Part shown: in pieces, positions 26,990-31,458 of the stretch | Position numbering within the stretch: the stretch's first letter is position 1 | How the letters are laid out: every line of letters starts with the position of its first letter | From: a virus | Lineage: Duplodnaviria > Caudoviricetes | Reading direction: 5' to 3' (one strand) | Virus record (IMG/VR): IMGVR_UViG_3300037458_000195 | Span: 1 to 31,458 of that record | DNA length: 31,458 nucleotides | The notes under the pieces: generated by a model | Told to the model about the DNA's origin: nothing | The model's database searches: none | Seen by the model: the letters and a program-made list of their open reading frames with translations, nothing else | Position numbers and translations under genes: made by a program

Positions 26990-27976
26990 TCAAGAATCGT
27001 CGTCAGCGAACTCGGCAAGCAGTGCAGCGATTTTCTCACTTGGCGCATTCGTCACATCCGTTGCCTTGCGCACCACGGGCTCCACGTTCTCGGTGCCGTC
27101 AGCCGCGACAGGTGCAGTCGCTGTTTCCTTGGCCTTGCGGACGATTGTGGTCGCGGCGGGAGCCGGCGACGGAGCAGCGGCGGCAGCGGGTGCTGCAGCT
27201 TGCGACATCACGGGCGGGGTCCCCGAGGGTAGAGGAACCGCAGCCCCCGCGTCAACCCCATCAGCCTCGAAAACCGTCATTGTGATGGCGCGAAGTGCCT
27301 GTTCACTCTGTCCCTGGCGCACAGCGGTATCGTATTGCTCCTGCGTCAGCCACCCCATTGCGGTAAACCCTAGCTTCGGGGACTCCACATCGGTGTCAAA
27401 CCGCGCCCGGGTGATGAGTGCAGCCGGGTCGATAGACCGCGCCGCCAGCGCTTTGTAGTACCCCTGCAGCGTGGCGCCGGCTTCCTTGCTGCCTTCACCG
27501 AACAGGGACGTGGCGGGCAGTTGAAGCTGCAGCACTTCTCCTGCAATGTCGTTCGCAAGAACCACGGCAAGGCGCTGGTTGTACCGGCAGGCACGCGACT
27601 CCCCCTGGCCCGATCCCTTTTGATTCTTGGGGCATCCAAGGCAGTTGTCGTGCTGTTTCGCCTTGGCCTTCGGGTCGGGTTTCACCCCGTCGAGGGACCA
27701 GCAATCAGGCGCCTCTGCCTTGGCAGTCGGGTCGAACGTCTTCAGATACAGTGTGCGCGACACGTGCGGCGCGGCGTTGACAAGCACGAGGTCAATGAAC
27801 CGATCTTCGATCTTGCCAATTTCTTGACCGCCAGCGATGTACCGGAAAGTGCCGCCTTTGATAGAGAGGCGCTTGATACCGCTGTTGAGGGTGTCGTCTA
27901 GTGCCTTGGCGATGGCAGACTTGTTCTTTGCAAATGCCGGGACGGCATTGAAATCGATGGGGACGATATTGGACAT
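26990..27976 (-). CDS. Putative single-stranded DNA-binding protein
   Basis: Replication-operon position, Cys motif (CWS...C..CP.N...C), Ala/Pro linker and acidic C-terminal tail (EFADDDS). AAGGA RBS. Confidence 0.65.
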   Translation of the reverse strand: MSNIVPIDFNAVPAFAKNKSAIAKALDDTLNSGIKRLSIKGGTFRYIAGGQEIGKIEDRFIDLVLVNAAPHVSRTLYLKTFDPTAKAEAPDCWSLDGVKPDPKAKAKQHDNCLGCPKNQKGSGQGESRACRYNQRLAVVLANDIAGEVLQLQLPATSLFGEGSKEAGATLQGYYKALAARSIDPAALITRARFDTDVESPKLGFTAMGWLTQEQYDTAVRQGQSEQALRAITMTVFEADGVDAGAAVPLPSGTPPVMSQAAAPAAAAAPSPAPAATTIVRKAKETATAPVAADGTENVEPVVRKATDVTNAPSEKIAALLAEFADDDS

Positions 27977-27991
27977 GTGGGTTCCTTGTGA

Positions 27992-28381
27992 TTAAATTAC
28001 GTTAGTGCCTTCCACACCCCGGCGCATGCGCTTGATGGTGCGTTGTTGCAACCAGTGCAACGCTTCTTCGATATGCGTCAGTGCGCACGCATTTTCTTTA
28101 CACGCGTAGTCTCCTGCTTGAAAGCTGCGAAGACGATCCGCCACTACAGCAAGAAGCGCTTCTTGTGTAATGCCGTTGATTCCTTTTTCCGCAATAGGGC
28201 CGTTTTGAAAAAGAATAAAGCAAGCATCTGCGTCGTCCTCAACAGAACTTGCATTTTGTGTTGCAGAAAATCCATTGATGACGTACCGATGGTTCGCACC
28301 ACCGGCGCCGGGTACGTCTGTCACAACAATTCCAAGACGGTCGTTCACGGGATTTATCTTGTGCTCGTCTAAAATTCGCAT
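27992..28381 (-). CDS. tad1: Tad1-like anti-defence nucleotide sponge (Acb2/Tad1 superfamily)
   Basis: G.GGA.H.Y, FQ.G and DRL.SFQAG....ENACALTH.EEAL.W...R...R..R.V.GTN match the Tad1 signature as I recall it. 129 aa, TAATG coupling. Confidence 0.88.
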   Translation of the reverse strand: MRILDEHKINPVNDRLGIVVTDVPGAGGANHRYVINGFSATQNASSVEDDADACFILFQNGPIAEKGINGITQEALLAVVADRLRSFQAGDYACKENACALTHIEEALHWLQQRTIKRMRRGVEGTNVI

Positions 28382-28773
28382 TAGTTCTTCCTCACAGTTA
28401 CACTAAGTTCCGATTCAGCTTGAAGACCCGGGGGCGGGTTTGTCGGATTCTCTTCAAGCCACTGTTTCACGTTGGTCTGAGCAACGCGTTTCTCCAACAA
28501 ATCTACTGCATCGTTCTGCACGATCCAAGTCTTGAACACCGACCAATCCATCGGGTAGTAGCGCGTCTTGACTTGTGAATACACTGTGCCGTGATCCGTC
28601 TTCATCGAAGTGGCGCCGGCAGCAACGAGCATATCCTTCATGGCGCCGGCCAGTGCATCCAGCTTGCCATCGTACAGCGCGATTTCTTCTTCGTACTTCT
28701 TCACCATCTCGCGCTTCTTCTCACGAATCTTCACATAGACATTGCACAGTTGATCTACGGTTGGGGTTGTCAT
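28381..28773 (-). CDS. Conserved phage replication-module protein (coiled coil plus T.HGT...DW..F motif)
   Basis: AAGGAG RBS before ATG 28773 (the ORF track start of 28812 is probably too long). This gene type usually lies between helicase and SSB. Confidence 0.78.
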   Translation of the reverse strand: MTTPTVDQLCNVYVKIREKKREMVKKYEEEIALYDGKLDALAGAMKDMLVAAGATSMKTDHGTVYSQVKTRYYPMDWSVFKTWIVQNDAVDLLEKRVAQTNVKQWLEENPTNPPPGLQAESELSVTVRKN

Positions 28774-29138
28774 TTTAACTCCTTCAGGCAAAACCAAGGT
28801 TCTGTTCCACAAGCGCCCATTCGTTTTCTCCGTGTCGCTGATAAGTACGTCCTGATAGCGGTCCTTCTAGCACGATGCGCCAATCGTGCTCCGGGTCTTT
28901 TGCAGCCATTTCTTCAGCTTGCGCGCCGGTAAGATATTCGTCGTCGCTTTTTGCTTCATTTGGCTCAATCCAAACTGCTTTACCGTCGCAATGCAGCGCT
29001 GCATAACCAAAACCAACAGCAATAACCCCATCGACAGGAAAAAAACTAGGGCGCACGCCGCAATTTAGGCATCCACCAAGCTTGCCCTCAATGGCAGGCA
29101 GCTTTTCCCAGGTGGTAGTTGTCATTTCAACTCCTTCA
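28766..29138. repeat. 21-bp direct repeat pair (28766-28786 and 29118-29138)
   Basis: On the - strand TGAAGGAGTT(G/A)AAATGACAAC, 20/21 identical, 352 bp apart. Confidence 0.9.
28784..29125 (-). CDS. Accessory hypothetical protein (CxxC), flanked by direct repeats
   Basis: AAGGAG RBS and ATGA overlap with the helicase stop. Globular 113-aa sequence with no recognised family. Confidence 0.8.
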   Translation of the reverse strand: MTTTTWEKLPAIEGKLGGCLNCGVRPSFFPVDGVIAVGFGYAALHCDGKAVWIEPNEAKSDDEYLTGAQAEEMAAKDPEHDWRIVLEGPLSGRTYQRHGENEWALVEQNLGFA

Positions 29139-30690
29139 TTTCTTCATTGTACAACTTCACAATCGCTTCATGGTCTTCTACACGAGACTCTAGTTGTTTG
29201 AACATCCTAGCTTCGATGTCACTACTTTGCAAGTGTACCACAGTCACACTCGCACCCTTCTGTCCAATTCGATCTGCGCGAGCAATGCATTGAATGTATG
29301 TTTCCACGCTGGTGACTGGCCCCCAGAATACAACAGTATCAGCAGCCGTGAGCGTGACGCCATGAGCCGCTGCTTGTGGCTGAATAACCAAGACGCGAGG
29401 ATCGGGCTTGCTTTGGAAATCATTGAAAATCTCCCCGCGCTTAGTCGGTGTCACATCGCCCGTGATTGCGCGACAAGTAACATGAGTGTGGACAAGATGC
29501 TCAACAATAGTGTCAATGCTGCTGCGGTAAGGGGCGAAGACAATAACCTTTTTGTCTGTGTCATCAAGAATTTCATCCAAGGCATGCAATCGCGGTTTGC
29601 AGTCGAACACAACCGTCTCTTGTCCATCACTATACACGGCACCTGCACTAATTTGTAACAATTTATTTATGACGGTAGCTGCGTTCACGGCTGTAACTGT
29701 TTCTCCACCAGCGGACATAACAGCACGAATCTTCATCATGCGGTAATACTTGTCCTGCTGCGCAGTCATTGTGATCTTGCGCGTCGATGTCAACACAGGC
29801 GGCAAGTCGAGACACATCGCCTTGGTGAACCGGATGGCAGGTTGCAGCGCACGGTGAACTGTCTGAGGCGCATCTCCCTTGGCAATCCATTTAAACTGCG
29901 ACACCTTCATCATCGTCTTGTCTTTCCAAGCGGTAATAAATTTTGGTACAGTGCCTGGAGTAACAAGTTTCGCAAGTCCGAAAGCGTCCACCGGGGATTG
30001 AGGCGCAGGGGTTCCTGTAAGAGCCCATATACGGGTATCAGGAGTACACACAGCGTTGATCGCCTTCCATCGTCGTGTGTTTGCATTTTTTACGAAATTG
30101 CACTCGTCACAAATAACCAGATCAAATGTCCCGTCAGCAATGATTTCCTTGGCTACACCTTCAACACCGTCGTAGTTGATGATAACGAATTCGTGCCCTT
30201 CAGCAACGATGTCCCTGCGCTTCTCCATCGAAGCAGCATGAGCGATAGCGGCTTTTCTGTGAATGACAGACTGCATCAAGTCTTTCATCCATGCGGCTTC
30301 CATGATCGACAGCGGGCAGACAATGAGACAGCGGCGCACAAGTCCTTTTGTCATCAGATAATCTGCTGCCCATAAACACGCTAAGGACTTGCCTGTTCCG
30401 GCTTCGTTGAATACATACGCCCTATTATGCATCGTAAGGAACGATGCTGTAGCGATCTGGTGTTCAAAGGGCTTGAAGCGCCCCGGCCATTTATACGTAC
30501 CTTGAATTGGTGAGGGTACATTTTTGACGCCCAGGTTGCGAAGAACGCGAACTTCATCGAGTCCCCACTTTACCGCAATCTCGTGAATTCCCGGCGCAAC
30601 CTCTCCCATGTTGCGCGACTTTGGGATGAGCGTATACCGCTCAGGATTGCGTGTCCTGAATAACAGTAACTTGTTTTCTACTATCTGCAT
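29122..30690 (-). CDS. SNF2-family (SF2) DNA helicase
   Basis: Walker A EAGTGKS, LIVCPLS, motif II DECN, LTGTP, GVTLTAA and Q...RADRIGQ. GGAG RBS. Confidence 0.93.
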   Translation of the reverse strand: MQIVENKLLLFRTRNPERYTLIPKSRNMGEVAPGIHEIAVKWGLDEVRVLRNLGVKNVPSPIQGTYKWPGRFKPFEHQIATASFLTMHNRAYVFNEAGTGKSLACLWAADYLMTKGLVRRCLIVCPLSIMEAAWMKDLMQSVIHRKAAIAHAASMEKRRDIVAEGHEFVIINYDGVEGVAKEIIADGTFDLVICDECNFVKNANTRRWKAINAVCTPDTRIWALTGTPAPQSPVDAFGLAKLVTPGTVPKFITAWKDKTMMKVSQFKWIAKGDAPQTVHRALQPAIRFTKAMCLDLPPVLTSTRKITMTAQQDKYYRMMKIRAVMSAGGETVTAVNAATVINKLLQISAGAVYSDGQETVVFDCKPRLHALDEILDDTDKKVIVFAPYRSSIDTIVEHLVHTHVTCRAITGDVTPTKRGEIFNDFQSKPDPRVLVIQPQAAAHGVTLTAADTVVFWGPVTSVETYIQCIARADRIGQKGASVTVVHLQSSDIEARMFKQLESRVEDHEAIVKLYNEEMKELK

Positions 30691-30699
30691 ATCACTCCA

Positions 30700-30860
30700 T
30701 AAAAGTTACGACGCCCCGAGAGTGGTGTTCTCTCGGGGTGCCGGTGCGCTCGTGGGCAGGAGAAACCCTTACGCACAGACTACGTTAATACCCTCGCTCA
30801 AGGGCGCATCCCCACGTTTGCCTTACGGGATGCTTTTGCCACCAACCAGCGGCTACCAAC
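30700..30860 (-). ncRNA. Candidate structured 5' leader / small RNA
   Basis: Consecutive stems GCATCCC/GGGATGC, CCCT/AGGG, GTGCG..GGG/CCC..CGCAC and CCCCGAGAG/CTCTCGGGG between the promoter and the helicase RBS. Confidence 0.4.
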
Positions 30861-30866
30861 ACAACT

Positions 30867-30895
30867 ACTGTACTGCGGCACAAGCGCCGCGTCAA
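30867..30895 (-). promoter_or_regulatory. Sigma70-like promoter for the replication operon
   Basis: TTGACG (30895-30890), 17 nt, TACAGT (30872-30867), in the only long intergenic gap. A GCGGC-N6-GCCGC inverted repeat overlaps the spacer. Confidence 0.65.
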
Positions 30896-30906
30896 TGGGA
30901 GAAACC

Positions 30907-31203
30907 CTACTTGCCCTTCTTCGACCGCTCACTTTTCATCGAGCTATCGGAGTTTCTAGAAAAACTACGATTCGTAGACGGGCTCTGCAGTTTGATGTTT
31001 TTCAAATCTGCCGACCCACCTTTACTATACGCGCGCTTGTGACCATTGTCCAGCCCATCGCCTTTACTAGCGCGACCTTCGGCTTCGAGGGCGCGTTGAA
31101 CTTTCACCCCATGTGCCCGATGCTTGCGTGCAGCAGGTTTACTGTCTACATTCTCGTTTTGGCGTTTGTAGTCACGTTTTCCGTTAGGAAGAGTATACGG
31201 CAT
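30907..31203 (-). CDS. Small basic HNH/HNN-like protein
   Basis: KGDG.D..H....SKGG....N.......NRS pattern. AAGGAG before ATG 31203. Confidence 0.7.
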   Translation of the reverse strand: MPYTLPNGKRDYKRQNENVDSKPAARKHRAHGVKVQRALEAEGRASKGDGLDNGHKRAYSKGGSADLKNIKLQSPSTNRSFSRNSDSSMKSERSKKGK

Positions 31204-31204
31204 G

Positions 31205-31456
31205 TCAGGCTCCTTCTTTGTTTCTTCGCGCAGCTTCTCTAACACGGCGCGGTTGCGCCCACATAAAAACGCTGTTCACTCGATGCCGTTCTTTTGCTCT
31301 GTATTCTGCAGTAGATTCTTTATTAGGTTTCGCCTTTGGCTTCGGAGCATCGTGTGCATCACCAAGCGCCAACACAGCACGAAGGTAGCTGCGTCCACCC
31401 GAATCATCGTCTCGAACCCACCGCTTCACATAGATGCGCTTTGGCAACGTCTTGCA
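31205..31456 (-). CDS. Basic hypothetical protein (probably 5'-truncated)
   Basis: The frame stays open to the window edge, and the stop lies 1 nt before the next ATG. Confidence 0.5.
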   Translation of the reverse strand, partial: CKTLPKRIYVKRWVRDDDSGGRSYLRAVLALGDAHDAPKPKAKPNKESTAEYRAKERHRVNSVFMWAQPRRVREAARRNKEGA

Positions 31457-31458
31457 CG

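Noticed and set aside
30700-30860. tRNA or known riboswitch in the structured gap
   Set aside because: I found no T-loop, D-loop or acceptor stem, and no aptamer consensus I recognise.
30608-31042. 144-aa + strand ORF across the intergenic gap
   Set aside because: It is antisense to the helicase and HNH-like genes with no motif. The gap is better explained as promoter and leader.
30907-31203. HNH-like gene as a mobile homing endonuclease or intron
   Set aside because: It does not interrupt a gene, is very short, and its catalytic motif is atypical (DNGH).

Overview
This is a 31.5-kb internal fragment of a tailed dsDNA phage, probably podovirus-like with a Gram-negative host, organised as two convergent arms. 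The + arm (1-23833) holds late genes: the 3' part of a lambda-R-type endolysin fused in frame to a holin-like domain, several small genes (one ending in a PEP-CTERM signal), LamG and repeat-rich tail proteins, a tail nozzle/stabilisation-like protein, Gly/Gln-rich ejection proteins and a 3031-aa polyvalent protein. The - arm (31458-23808) holds replication genes: an HNH-like protein, a promoter with a structured leader, an SNF2-type helicase, an SSB-like protein and a primase-helicase. Two accessory genes sit in this operon, a clear Tad1-like anti-defence sponge and an unknown gene flanked by 21-bp direct repeats. I saw no tRNA, rRNA, CRISPR array, integrase, capsid, terminase or DNA polymerase. 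All family assignments come from motif recognition by eye, not from database searches.
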